Positions 40,737-49,814 are shown, counted from the first letter of the stretch. The stretch is DNA of 64,000 nt from an uncultured Solibacteraceae bacterium (GCA_964406035.1 CAYOQB010000005.1:10860-74859); one strand, 5' to 3'. Notes: generated by a model from the letters alone, not told the origin. Numbers and translations: made by a program.

Positions 40737-41402
40737 ATGTCGTCCGTACTGGCGTGGATCGCGCTGGGACTGGCCTTCGTGCTGGCCCTGGCCTTCCACC
40801 CCCGCGTGTTCTTCGGGCCTACATACTCGGGAGGATTCCTATCCTTCCGCGACCTGTTCCGCGCCGGACACTGGGTCATCCTCGCGCTGGCGGTGGGGAG
40901 CCTGGTTGCGTTCGGGATGCGCAGCCTGCGGTCGGCGGGATTCATTCTGGCGGCGCTGCTGTGCGGTTTTGAGCTCATCGCCGGCTTCCCATTGCTGTCG
41001 GGCGACCTGACATTGTGGCGATGGTTCCAGGAGAGTCGCGCGCGCGCGGCGCGGCGGACGGCCGAAGCGGCGATCTCCTCGGAGTTTGCGGGTGCGTGGG
41101 TCGCGGAGGACGGCGCCGTCTATCGTTTTCAGGCGGATGCGGTCGAGGCGCCGGGTTGCACGCTCACCGGGCCGCCGGAGTATGCGATGGAGGCGCCCGG
41201 GACGCGAGCCTGGTTTGCTGAGGCAGGTTTGCAGGAGAAGCGAATGCCTCGCGTGTCGTTCACCTGCCTGGATCGGATGGCCAGCGGTTATCGCGTTTCC
41301 GAAGCCGAGATCTGGCTGGAGGACTGGCGCGGAGGGGAAGCCCGCAGGATCGTCCTGCGGCGCCGGGACACGACGGTCAGGACTCCAGGCGCAGGTGGCT
41401 GA
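40737..41402 (+). CDS. Hypothetical membrane protein (3 predicted TM helices plus soluble C-domain)
   Basis: Its ATG directly abuts the receptor stop (TAGATG). G/C-rich third positions. No family recognised. Confidence 0.55.
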   Translation: MSSVLAWIALGLAFVLALAFHPRVFFGPTYSGGFLSFRDLFRAGHWVILALAVGSLVAFGMRSLRSAGFILAALLCGFELIAGFPLLSGDLTLWRWFQESRARAARRTAEAAISSEFAGAWVAEDGAVYRFQADAVEAPGCTLTGPPEYAMEAPGTRAWFAEAGLQEKRMPRVSFTCLDRMASGYRVSEAEIWLEDWRGGEARRIVLRRRDTTVRTPGAGG

Positions 41403-42345
41403 ACTCGCCGACCACCTGGAAATTCGTTCGGACCGAGCCGATGCGTTCGCCGCGCTGCTCGATATCGGATTCGAGGCTCGCCCCGAGGTGTTCGGACATG
41501 GCCAGGTACTCAACCCGCGCAGGATTCAGGCCCATGATGCGGCAGCAAGTGGAATCCACCGCGCGGAGGTCCGAGCCCATCACCAGCACCCCGGCGTGCT
41601 TGGGAGTCCCTTGAATCGGGCCGTTGCCTTCCATGCCGGTGATTCCGTCCACGATGGCAAAGCTGCGATGGAAGATGCGGTTCAATTCGACAATCGAGCG
41701 GGGGATGCCAACGTGGTGCAGCTTGTTCTTTGGCCAGCCGTAGACGCATCCGGGAACCAGGCCGAAGTAGTTCTTCATGCTGAGCGTTGCGCCGGCCCAG
41801 TGGTGCGTTTTCATCTTGGCAACCGACACGATCAGATCCGCGCGTAAGGCGGTGTTGGGCAGCCAGATCTCGCCCTCGTCCGCAAAGCCCTGCACGGCGG
41901 TGACGTCGTCGCGATTCAGGTCCGTGAAGCGGGAGTCGAACTTGGGGATTTCGCGACGGTAGCGGGTGAGCTCCGCCAGATCCCAGGTGTCGCGGCGGTG
42001 TCCCGGCCCTTCGCCAATGGTGACCTCAGCCGCGCCGAGTTTCTGAAACACTTCCAATGCGGCTGCGAGAACCGATACGTCCGTGTTGATCGCGGTGGAG
42101 CGATCGAACTCCACCATGTTGGGCTTCAGCAGGATACGTTTTCCGCGAACATCCAGGCCGCAGGCCTGCACGCCTTCCAGGATCTTCGCCGCGAGTTCAA
42201 CGGAATAAGACGAGGCCTTGACGATCGCCACGGGCGATTTCGCTCGCGGGGTGGGACGCCGTTCGGTGAGCTTCTCGTACCCCGCGGTTCCGGCGAGCGC
42301 GCCCGCTCCCGCCACCAGCATCCAATCGCGGCGCTTCAGTTTCAT
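41377..42345 (-). CDS. DUF362 domain protein with twin-arginine signal
   Basis: ATG 42345 gives MKLKRRDWMLVAGAGALAGTAG, which is Tat-like. LLKPNMVE, KMKTHHWAGATLSMKNYFG and DGITGMEGNGP blocks are typical of DUF362. ATGA overlap with the upstream gene. Confidence 0.8.
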   Translation of the reverse strand: MKLKRRDWMLVAGAGALAGTAGYEKLTERRPTPRAKSPVAIVKASSYSVELAAKILEGVQACGLDVRGKRILLKPNMVEFDRSTAINTDVSVLAAALEVFQKLGAAEVTIGEGPGHRRDTWDLAELTRYRREIPKFDSRFTDLNRDDVTAVQGFADEGEIWLPNTALRADLIVSVAKMKTHHWAGATLSMKNYFGLVPGCVYGWPKNKLHHVGIPRSIVELNRIFHRSFAIVDGITGMEGNGPIQGTPKHAGVLVMGSDLRAVDSTCCRIMGLNPARVEYLAMSEHLGASLESDIEQRGERIGSVRTNFQVVGEFSHLRLES

Positions 42346-43220
42346 GCGGCCTTCAGGACCTCCGGTTTGGTGAGCGCAATCACTTCGAGGGCAGTCACCA
42401 GGATGTCGCCTCCCGCCGGCAGTTCCGGCGCGATTTCCGCCTGCGACTCCATGCCCCAGTTGCGGAGGGCGATGGTCAGCCAGGCGGCGGCCATGCGGGA
42501 GCGTTCCTGGTAGCCTCTGGCAAAGTCCAAGGCCGGCTGCATCGCCGCGCGATTGTGCCCTTGCAGTCCGAGCAGCGCAAGCGCGGTGGTTTCGGGATAG
42601 GAAGGCAAGTCGATCTTCAGCGCCCGAGGCCCGCCGTAGTTCCAGCCGCCGTCGCTGCAGCGGACGTCGAGCAGTTGCTTCTCGCCGGTTTCGATGCGGG
42701 ACTTCAAGGTTGGCGACGGGACCTTCGCCGCGGCGCGTTTCAGCGCGATCAACGCGTGCGCCGTCGGCTCCACCCAACTGGTGGTTCCGCGCAGCCACGG
42801 CCAGCCGGTAAGTTCCACGTTACGGCCGGGGTCAACCAGGCCGGTTCGCGCAGCCAGCCGGTTGCGGAAGGCGTTCTCCTCGCCGCGAGTTCCCAGCAGC
42901 CACTCGACTCCGCTCGCGAAGGGCTCGCCCGTTTCCCCCCGGGCGCAAGCCCAGGCGACGGCCAGCGCGGTGGTCCAGTTGGAGATCGCTACTGCCGCGC
43001 TGGGACGCCAACCCTTGTCGGAACCCCGCCAGTGCCGGACGCACTCCCAGGCGCGAGCCTCCTCCGGCCCGCCCAAGGCCAGCGCCGCGTAATATGTCGG
43101 CTCCAGCCACGATCGCTTGCGTGGGAAATATCCCCAGCCGCCGTCGGCGTTCTGCGATCCGCGCAGGAACTCCTTTCGCCGGGCCAGGGCCGTTGCGTCC
43201 ATCACCGCTATCATCGGCAA
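42342..43220 (-). CDS. Prenyltransferase/squalene-oxidase-repeat (terpenoid cyclase-like alpha-alpha toroid) protein
   Basis: Repeats QNADGGWGY and CSDGGWNYG. No signal peptide. Confidence 0.72.
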   Translation of the reverse strand: MPMIAVMDATALARRKEFLRGSQNADGGWGYFPRKRSWLEPTYYAALALGGPEEARAWECVRHWRGSDKGWRPSAAVAISNWTTALAVAWACARGETGEPFASGVEWLLGTRGEENAFRNRLAARTGLVDPGRNVELTGWPWLRGTTSWVEPTAHALIALKRAAAKVPSPTLKSRIETGEKQLLDVRCSDGGWNYGGPRALKIDLPSYPETTALALLGLQGHNRAAMQPALDFARGYQERSRMAAAWLTIALRNWGMESQAEIAPELPAGGDILVTALEVIALTKPEVLKAA

Positions 43221-43257
43221 GACGGCTAACTTTCTTTATTTGCAGCGAAACGGCCGG

Positions 43258-43956
43258 CTAGTACTCGTCGCGGCGGATGATCTCGTAACACTCACACACC
43301 GCCGCTTCCAGTTCCTGGCGGCTGGTGACGGTCACGTGGCCATGATCGTAGTTGATGGCTCCGCGGGACTGGAGATTGAGCGCGGTGTGGGTGATGGTCG
43401 CGCGGCGCACGCCCAGCATCCGCGCCAGCGATTCATGGGTGATGTTGAACGAGTTGCCGTCCAGGCGGTCCAGGAAGCTGAGCAGCCAGCGCGCCACCTG
43501 CTGCTCGCTGCTGTGCACCGCGCGGCAGTAGCCGGCCTGAGCCAGCGTCCGGATCAGCAACCGCACGTAGGAATTCAGGGGCGCCGAGCAGGGCGCGGGC
43601 GAGCCCAACGCTTTTTCCAGCGCAGCAAGAGGAAGGGAGTAGATCGTTCCCGGATGCTGTACGCGCGCCCGCAGCGGCGCTCGCGCCTGCCCGAGGTACG
43701 CGGGTACCCCGGCAAAGCCTTCACGTCCCACCATCGCTACTTCCACCTCGCGTCCATCCAGGCCGGTGGCGAGCAGAGAGATAATTGCGCTCGCCGGGAA
43801 GAAAAGGCAATCCACATGATCGTCGATGTCGAAGAGCACATCGGGATACGAGAAGACGACTGGCTGCACGCTTGCCCGCACCTGCTCGCCGTGCGCTTCC
43901 ACGAGTGCGGCAAGAGCTTTGTTCCTCTCAGGCGGGGGTACGGCCACGGCGAACAC
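43258..43956 (-). CDS. Crp/Fnr family transcriptional regulator
   Basis: cNMP-binding-like beta-roll N-domain and C-terminal HTH (ESLARMLGVRRATITHTALNLQSRGAI). Confidence 0.85.
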   Translation of the reverse strand: MFAVAVPPPERNKALAALVEAHGEQVRASVQPVVFSYPDVLFDIDDHVDCLFFPASAIISLLATGLDGREVEVAMVGREGFAGVPAYLGQARAPLRARVQHPGTIYSLPLAALEKALGSPAPCSAPLNSYVRLLIRTLAQAGYCRAVHSSEQQVARWLLSFLDRLDGNSFNITHESLARMLGVRRATITHTALNLQSRGAINYDHGHVTVTSRQELEAAVCECYEIIRRDEY

Positions 43957-44018
43957 CGATGTATCGTCCCTCCATAGCTAAAGCGTAACTGGTAGGTCGG
44001 CCTGCTAGATCCCTCAGC

Positions 44019-44058
44019 TTTGTACGGATTCGTACAACTTGTACGAAGTCGTACCAAG
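44019..44058. promoter_or_regulatory. Two tandem palindromic operator-like sites of GTA-N8-TAC type
   Basis: Site 1, TTGTACGGATTCGTACAA (44020-44037), has perfect 7-bp arms. Site 2, CTTGTACGAAGTCGTACCAAG (44038-44058), is imperfect. GTAC cores are spaced about 10 bp apart. Both sites lie in the divergent spacer between the Crp-family gene and the histidine kinase. Confidence 0.5.
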
Positions 44059-44097
44059 TGTGCTACAGTTCGATCGAGTACGCCGGGGAGCAGCTTG

Positions 44098-45654
44098 ATG
44101 CCGGTGCTTTTGCATGTCGACGATAACGCCTCAATTCGATACGCCCGGTCCCGCACGTTAAGTTCCGCTGGTTACACTGTCATCGACCTGGAAACAGGCG
44201 AGGAGGCGCTGGACGTCGCGACAGCTTCCGCGCCGGAGGGCATCCTGCTCGACGTCCGCCTGCCCGGGATGGATGGCTTCGCGACGGCGCGAGCGCTGCG
44301 TCAAAATCCCCGGCTGCTGGATGTGGCGATCGTCCTGATCACCTCGGGGGCCGTAACCGAGATCAGCGAGATCGCCGCGAACGAAGAGGCGATCGACGGG
44401 TTCCTGGTGGAGCCGGTACCGCCGCAACTGCTGGCCATCACCATGGCGGCGGCGTTGCACCGCAAGCGGACGCAGCGCGAGTTGCGCATCGCCACCGCCG
44501 GGCTGGAAAAGCAGTTGGAGGAAACCCGCCGCGCCGCCGAGCAGAACGAGCGGTATCGCCGCACGCTGGAAGCTCTAATGGAGTACGTTCCCGAGGGGAT
44601 CACCATCGCGGAAATGCCCGAGCTGACGATCACCTGGATAAGCAAGCACGGCATCGAATTGACCGGGCGTCCGGCGGAGCTGCTCCACAATCTGCCGGGT
44701 CGCCACCACGCGCAGACCTGGGGCATTTTTCATTCTGACGGAACCACGCCGGCTGAAAACCAGGAACTGCCGCTGACACGCGCCGGGAGGCTGGGCGAGG
44801 TGGTGGAGGGGGAAGAGTGGATCCTGCGGCGGCCCGACGGATCCCGGATCTGCTGCCTGTGCAACGCCGGACCGATTCGCGACCGATCCGGGGTGATTAC
44901 GGGCGGCGTGATCGCCTGGCGCGACATCACCGACCGGAAGAGACGAGAGCGCGCCCTGCAGCAGAGCAACGAGGAGCTGCAGCAGTTCGTTTTCTCGGTA
45001 TCGCACGATCTCCAGGAGCCGCTGCGGACGGTGACCACGTTCAGCGAACTGCTGCGCCGCCGGCACCTGGATGCGGTCGGCGGTGAAGGCGATTTTCTGA
45101 TCCGCGAGATGTCGGCCGCCGCGGCACGCATGCAGCACCTGATTCGCGATCTGCTGGCCTATTCGCAGGTGCTTCCCGAGAGCGGACGCCTTGTCCAGGA
45201 TGTGGACCTGAATCGGGTGGTCGCCGAGGCGATGGCCAATCTGAATGTGGCGATCGAGGAATCGGAAGCGCGCATCGCGGCGGAGGATCTGCCGGTGCTG
45301 CGCGGAGATCAGCACCGCCTGACGCAACTGCTGCAGAATCTGCTGGCGAACGCGATCAAGTATTCCCGCGATCAGGGTCCGCCGGAGATCCGCGTTTGGG
45401 CGAGAAGCGCGGGGTTGAAGTGGACCATCTGCGTCGACGATAACGGCCCCGGCGTCCCGCCGGAGCAGGCCGAGCGGGTGTTTCAGCCGTTCACGCGCCT
45501 GCATGGCCGCGACGTTTCGGGCACCGGATTGGGGTTGGCGATCGCCAGGCGGATCGTGGAAGGTCACGGCGGCAGGATCTGGGTGGAGGCGTCGCCGGAA
45601 GGTGGCGCGCGATTCTGCTTTACGCTGCCGGTGGCGCACTCCGAGGTCAGCTAG
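44098..45654 (+). CDS. Hybrid sensor: N-terminal receiver, PAS, HisKA and HATPase histidine kinase
   Basis: ATG 44098 with GGGGAG upstream. REC (LLHVDDN...LLDVRLPGMDG). PAS region. H-box FVFSVSHDLQEPLRTV. N/G boxes (NAIKY, DNGPGV, GTGLGLAI). Confidence 0.9.
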   Translation: MPVLLHVDDNASIRYARSRTLSSAGYTVIDLETGEEALDVATASAPEGILLDVRLPGMDGFATARALRQNPRLLDVAIVLITSGAVTEISEIAANEEAIDGFLVEPVPPQLLAITMAAALHRKRTQRELRIATAGLEKQLEETRRAAEQNERYRRTLEALMEYVPEGITIAEMPELTITWISKHGIELTGRPAELLHNLPGRHHAQTWGIFHSDGTTPAENQELPLTRAGRLGEVVEGEEWILRRPDGSRICCLCNAGPIRDRSGVITGGVIAWRDITDRKRRERALQQSNEELQQFVFSVSHDLQEPLRTVTTFSELLRRRHLDAVGGEGDFLIREMSAAAARMQHLIRDLLAYSQVLPESGRLVQDVDLNRVVAEAMANLNVAIEESEARIAAEDLPVLRGDQHRLTQLLQNLLANAIKYSRDQGPPEIRVWARSAGLKWTICVDDNGPGVPPEQAERVFQPFTRLHGRDVSGTGLGLAIARRIVEGHGGRIWVEASPEGGARFCFTLPVAHSEVS

Positions 45655-45660
45655 CGGGGC

Positions 45661-46956
45661 TTACCCGTCATTTTCGGCAAGCAAGGATCCGGCGTGCTCC
45701 GCGTCCTGCGCCAGAATCATCAGGTGCCGGAAGCGATCGGTGACGCCTCCGAAATCCGGCATATCCGCGGGCGCGGGGTTCAGGACGCCGGTCCGGATGC
45801 GCACTCGCTTGCCGTCGCTGCCGCGGACGATGGTCCCGGTGACCAGATCCATTTGGTAAGAGTCGAGATCGCCCCGCACGAAGGCGGTTTCTCCGGAAAT
45901 CTCGATCCTTCCGGACAAGCCGGGCGGCATCATCATCGCCCCCGGCGACAACACGGAACTCAGCGCCCGGCCCACCAGCGAATGGAAGCTCGGAGCGGGA
46001 ACGGGCGGTTTCACGGTGGGGTCGGGATTGCCCAACGCCTCGGCGGCGGCGCGGATCACCTTTTGGCCGTTCGCCTTCGGCGTGAATTCCACCAGGGCGA
46101 TGTCGCGTGCCCTGTCAAGCAGTTGCGGATCGCGGTTGGCTTCGATCAGCCACAGGAACGATCGCAGAATAAAGCTGCCTTCGCGTGACAGCTTTTGCTT
46201 GACGCCGGGCTGCAGAGACTGAAACCAGCCGAGCAATCGATCGCGGAACGAGTCACGGCCGATCGAGGCGGTGATTGCGGTGGCGCGCTCCACCCATTTT
46301 CCAGGCGGGCGGCCGCTTTCGTCGCCATGGATGCTGTACAGCAGGCGGCGCCAGTTCTCGCGTTCGTCGCCCTGCATGGCGCGATACGCGGCGCGGACCT
46401 GCTCGCTCCAGCACCGTTTCGCGTCGATCCCGTTCCATTCGTCGCGCCAAGCCAGCATGTCGAGGCGAGACCGGAACAGTTGCAGGCTCACCTGGTTCAC
46501 CGCGTAATCCAGTTGATAGACGCGGTCTCGGAAGCGGGCGATGGCGGCCGATAACTCGCGGGTGAGGCCGTGCTCCTCGACGTAAGCCATCACGTGAACG
46601 ACGGGCGGGTAGGGGGCGAGGGCATGAGAAGTCGCCGCGGTTTCCTCCAGCAGGAGGATCAGGTCGGCTTCGGTCAGGTCCAGGGACCATTTCTCGATGC
46701 GTTCCGCGAGCCCGCGTAAGGGGCTGTCGTGGCGGTTGAACGGACTGTGCTCCTTTAGCCACCGCATTCTTTCAAGCAGCGCCCGCCAGGCCAGCAGTTT
46801 GCGCGGCTTGTTCCGGAGCCCGTTGATCTCCTTGATCGCGGTCTGCCAGCCGGCCTCTTCCACGCGCACAAGATACTGATTCAGGGCGTGATGCCCTTCA
46901 GCAAGGGGCGAGTGGGCGTCCAGGAGGTAACCGTCGGGGCAGGGAATCTGATCCAT
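45661..46956 (-). CDS. Hypothetical protein (431 aa), no recognisable domain
   Basis: Uninterrupted ORF with G/C-rich third positions, mostly helical-looking and Trp/Arg-rich. No signal peptide or TM segment. Confidence 0.7.
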   Translation of the reverse strand: MDQIPCPDGYLLDAHSPLAEGHHALNQYLVRVEEAGWQTAIKEINGLRNKPRKLLAWRALLERMRWLKEHSPFNRHDSPLRGLAERIEKWSLDLTEADLILLLEETAATSHALAPYPPVVHVMAYVEEHGLTRELSAAIARFRDRVYQLDYAVNQVSLQLFRSRLDMLAWRDEWNGIDAKRCWSEQVRAAYRAMQGDERENWRRLLYSIHGDESGRPPGKWVERATAITASIGRDSFRDRLLGWFQSLQPGVKQKLSREGSFILRSFLWLIEANRDPQLLDRARDIALVEFTPKANGQKVIRAAAEALGNPDPTVKPPVPAPSFHSLVGRALSSVLSPGAMMMPPGLSGRIEISGETAFVRGDLDSYQMDLVTGTIVRGSDGKRVRIRTGVLNPAPADMPDFGGVTDRFRHLMILAQDAEHAGSLLAENDG

Positions 46957-47082
46957 CGCGAAGCTCCAAGTTCGAAATCGGCGGTCGCGAGCTCCCGCAA
47001 TAGCCGGTGAATCGCGTTTCCGGCTTCGCCGCTCGCCGTCAGCGTACTAAAATAGCCCACTGGAAGCGACGGAACTTACTTC

Positions 47083-47985
47083 ATGACGCCGGACCAAAGC
47101 GCGGCCGAGTATGAGCGGCGTATCAACCGCGTCATCGATTACATTGCCGGGCACCTGGATGAGACGCTGACGCTATCCCGGTTGGCGCGGGTGGCCTGCT
47201 TCTCCGAGTTCCACTTCCACAAGCTCTTCCGGATGCAGATCGGCGAGACGGTGAACGAGTTCATCGCCCGGATGCGCGTGGAGAAGGCGCTGTTTCTCAT
47301 GCGCCACTCGCCGCGCAGGACGCTGACGGACATCGCGCTGGAATGCGGGTTTAACACAGCCGCGAACTTCACCAGGGTGTTTCGCAAGCGGATGGGCGTC
47401 GCGCCGCGGGCTTTCGATCTGGAGCGATACTGGCAGGATCGCAAGATCGGGAAAGACGACGCGATCGAGTCGCTCTACTATTGCAAGAGAACTCTGCAGG
47501 CGGATGTTTCGGGATTCCAGGTGGAGACCCGGCGGCTGCCGGACCTCGATATTGCCTATTTGCGGGTGTTCCGGTCCTACGAGGAGGGACGTGTGCAGGC
47601 GGCGTTTCGCGCTTTGGAGGAATGGGCCGGCCGCCGTGGATTGCTGACGCCGGAAGCGCGGTGGATCGGGATGTCGAAAGACGATCCGGAGATCGTGCCG
47701 CTGGTCAAGTGCAGCTATGATGTCTGCCTGACCGTTCCGAGGGGCACGCAGGCGGAGGGAAGAGTGGAAGTGAGACGCATTCCGTCGAGCCTTTACGGCG
47801 TGCTGGGAATACGCGGCGATCTCGACCTGGCTGACCGGGGCTGGCATCATCTGTTCAAGACCTGGCTGCCGCGATCGGGTTTCCAGCCTGCGCCCCAGGC
47901 CTCCATGGAGGTCTTTCGCAGATCGCCGCTGCTGGGATGGGAGGAGTTCGATGTCGAGGAGTGCTTGCCGGTGAGGAGCCTATGA
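47083..47985 (+). CDS. AraC family transcriptional regulator with GyrI-like effector-binding domain
   Basis: AraC HTH ([30 protein letters not shown]...[22 protein letters not shown]). The C-terminal ~150 aa have the GyrI-like/SOUL pattern. Confidence 0.9.
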   Translation: MTPDQSAAEYERRINRVIDYIAGHLDETLTLSRLARVACFSEFHFHKLFRMQIGETVNEFIARMRVEKALFLMRHSPRRTLTDIALECGFNTAANFTRVFRKRMGVAPRAFDLERYWQDRKIGKDDAIESLYYCKRTLQADVSGFQVETRRLPDLDIAYLRVFRSYEEGRVQAAFRALEEWAGRRGLLTPEARWIGMSKDDPEIVPLVKCSYDVCLTVPRGTQAEGRVEVRRIPSSLYGVLGIRGDLDLADRGWHHLFKTWLPRSGFQPAPQASMEVFRRSPLLGWEEFDVEECLPVRSL

Positions 47986-47999
47986 GGACAGGAGGAAAA

Positions 48000-48359
48000 A
48001 TGGATTTAGGAATATTTTCCGTCAGCCTGACGGTGAAGGATATCGCGGCGTCGCGGGCGTTCTATGAGAAGCTCGGTTTCGAAGTGATCGACGGCAACCA
48101 GGAACAGCTATGGCTGATCTTGCGCAACGGCAAGATCAACATCGGTCTTTTCCAAGGCATGTTCGACCGGAACATGCTCACATTCAACCCCGTTGACGTG
48201 CGCGCGATCCAGAAACACCTGAAGGCGCAGGGCGTCAAGCTGGATGTTGAAGCCGATGAAAACACGACAGGACCGGCACACGCCACTTTGCAGGATCCTG
48301 ACGGCAATCCGATTCTCTTCGATCAGCACGAGGAAGAGTTCATGAAGAAATACCGGTAG
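48000..48359 (+). CDS. VOC (glyoxalase/bleomycin-resistance/dioxygenase) family protein
   Basis: ATG 48000 preceded by AGGAGG (47990-47995). [24 protein letters not shown] and [13 protein letters not shown]. Confidence 0.85.
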   Translation: MDLGIFSVSLTVKDIAASRAFYEKLGFEVIDGNQEQLWLILRNGKINIGLFQGMFDRNMLTFNPVDVRAIQKHLKAQGVKLDVEADENTTGPAHATLQDPDGNPILFDQHEEEFMKKYR

Positions 48360-48372
48360 CACCGGCGCGCCG

Positions 48373-48705
48373 ATGAGCCTGGGAATCCTGGTCCACGGAT
48401 CCAATCACTTCATGGTCCGTGGACCCCTGCCGGACGCGGCCGCCGCGCGCGAACTGGTCAAGCGCTGGGAATTCGTCCAGGATCTTACGCGTCCGGCGAC
48501 TGTTCCGCCGGTGTGGCGGATCTCCACCCGCGAGTTCCGCGAGAACATCGAATGGGCCGTGGTTCTCAACAACGGCGAAGCTCACTCCGGGGCGGTGGAA
48601 ATCCTGCTTGCCGAACTTGCTGCCCGCGGCATCCCGATTCACCAGGGGCCAGGACCCCTTTTGCCGTCCGGCGCCGAATGGCCGGGAGAACCATGGCCGA
48701 AATGA
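48373..48705 (+). CDS. Hypothetical protein (110 aa)
   Basis: ATG start 14 nt after the VOC stop. G/C-rich third positions. No family recognised. It competes with the spurious N-terminal extension of the 48419-49801 ORF. Confidence 0.5.
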   Translation: MSLGILVHGSNHFMVRGPLPDAAAARELVKRWEFVQDLTRPATVPPVWRISTREFRENIEWAVVLNNGEAHSGAVEILLAELAARGIPIHQGPGPLLPSGAEWPGEPWPK

Positions 48706-48793
48706 GCCAGTCCTCCGCGATCGGCGTGCAACTTCCCTCCGCCGCGCACATCTATTAGACTTCCATGGATGTGTGATTCAAGGAGAGTTGAAA

Positions 48794-49801
48794 ATGGCCG
48801 GAAGCGGCATGTCAATTCACAGCAACCATAGTGTTATGTTGCAGTTGCGGAACCGGAAGAACCAACTGGAGTCGCTGGTCCGTAGCGTGGACGACCCTCA
48901 CGATATTCTGCGCGTTCTGGAGCAGGTGGACGCGGTTCTCGACCGCATCAAGACCGGGACGTACGGAGAGTGTTCGGTTTGCCACACTTCCATCGACGAC
49001 GAACAGTTGGAAGACAATCCTCTCGCGGAATACTGCCTGTGCCACCTGGATGACGCACAGCAAACGTTGCTGGGACAGGACTTAGGAGCGGCATGGCGGA
49101 TTCAGGCGGCGCTGCTGCCTTGTCCGGATCTGGCCACGGCCTACTGGGAATCGCATTACCGCTATCAGCCGCACGGCGCGGTGAGCGGCGATTATTGCGA
49201 TCTGATTCCGCGGGGCGACGACCTTCACTTCGTGGTCGCGGACGTGTCGGGGAAGGGTGTGGCGGCGGCTATCGTGATGTCCCACCTGAGTGCGACACTG
49301 CGGGCGATGATACGCGCCGGCGCCTCCGTGCCGGAGCAGCTCGCCCGCGCCAACGGCATCCTGCGCGAGAGCGCCTTCGATTCGCATTACGCCACTATTG
49401 TGGTGGGAAAGCTGAGTCCGGGCGGTGAGGTGGAGATGCTGAACGCGGGGCACTGCCCGCCGCTGCTGCTTCAGGAATCCGGCGTGACGCCGCTGGCGGC
49501 ATCCGGACCGCCGGTGGGCCTGCTGGACCTGGACGAGGCTGCGCACGCGGTGCAACACGTCGAAATACAGCCGGGAGAAAGCCTGTTCCTTTATACCGAC
49601 GGCGTGATCGAGGCCATGAACGAGGAAGGCGACGATTTCGGCCTGGATCGCCTGATACACGCCGCCACGCTGCTGCGCGGCGCGCCGCCGCGACAATTGG
49701 TGTCAGGGGCGCTCGATCACCTGCGGGCGTTTCTCCGTTCCACCCCTCGCAACGACGATCTCACGGCGCTTGCCTTACGCCGGGTCCCGCACCCGGCTTA
49801 A
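48794..49801 (+). CDS. DksA/TraR-type C4 zinc finger fused to PP2C-family SpoIIE/RsbU-like phosphatase
   Basis: ATG 48794 with AGGAGAG upstream. N-terminal coiled segment plus CSVC-x17-CLC. The PP2C region is WRIQAALLP...VSGDYCDL...VADVSGKGVAAAIVMS...LFLYTDGVIEA...DDLTALALR. Confidence 0.85.
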   Translation: MAGSGMSIHSNHSVMLQLRNRKNQLESLVRSVDDPHDILRVLEQVDAVLDRIKTGTYGECSVCHTSIDDEQLEDNPLAEYCLCHLDDAQQTLLGQDLGAAWRIQAALLPCPDLATAYWESHYRYQPHGAVSGDYCDLIPRGDDLHFVVADVSGKGVAAAIVMSHLSATLRAMIRAGASVPEQLARANGILRESAFDSHYATIVVGKLSPGGEVEMLNAGHCPPLLLQESGVTPLAASGPPVGLLDLDEAAHAVQHVEIQPGESLFLYTDGVIEAMNEEGDDFGLDRLIHAATLLRGAPPRQLVSGALDHLRAFLRSTPRNDDLTALALRRVPHPA

Positions 49802-49814
49802 GACCAAAAATACG

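Noticed and set aside
38838-40799. 653-aa minus-strand ORF inside the receptor gene
   Set aside because: It is antisense to a gene with a clear carboxypeptidase-regulatory domain, barrel features and a C-terminal aromatic residue. No motifs are present and its composition is Arg/Ala/His-rich.
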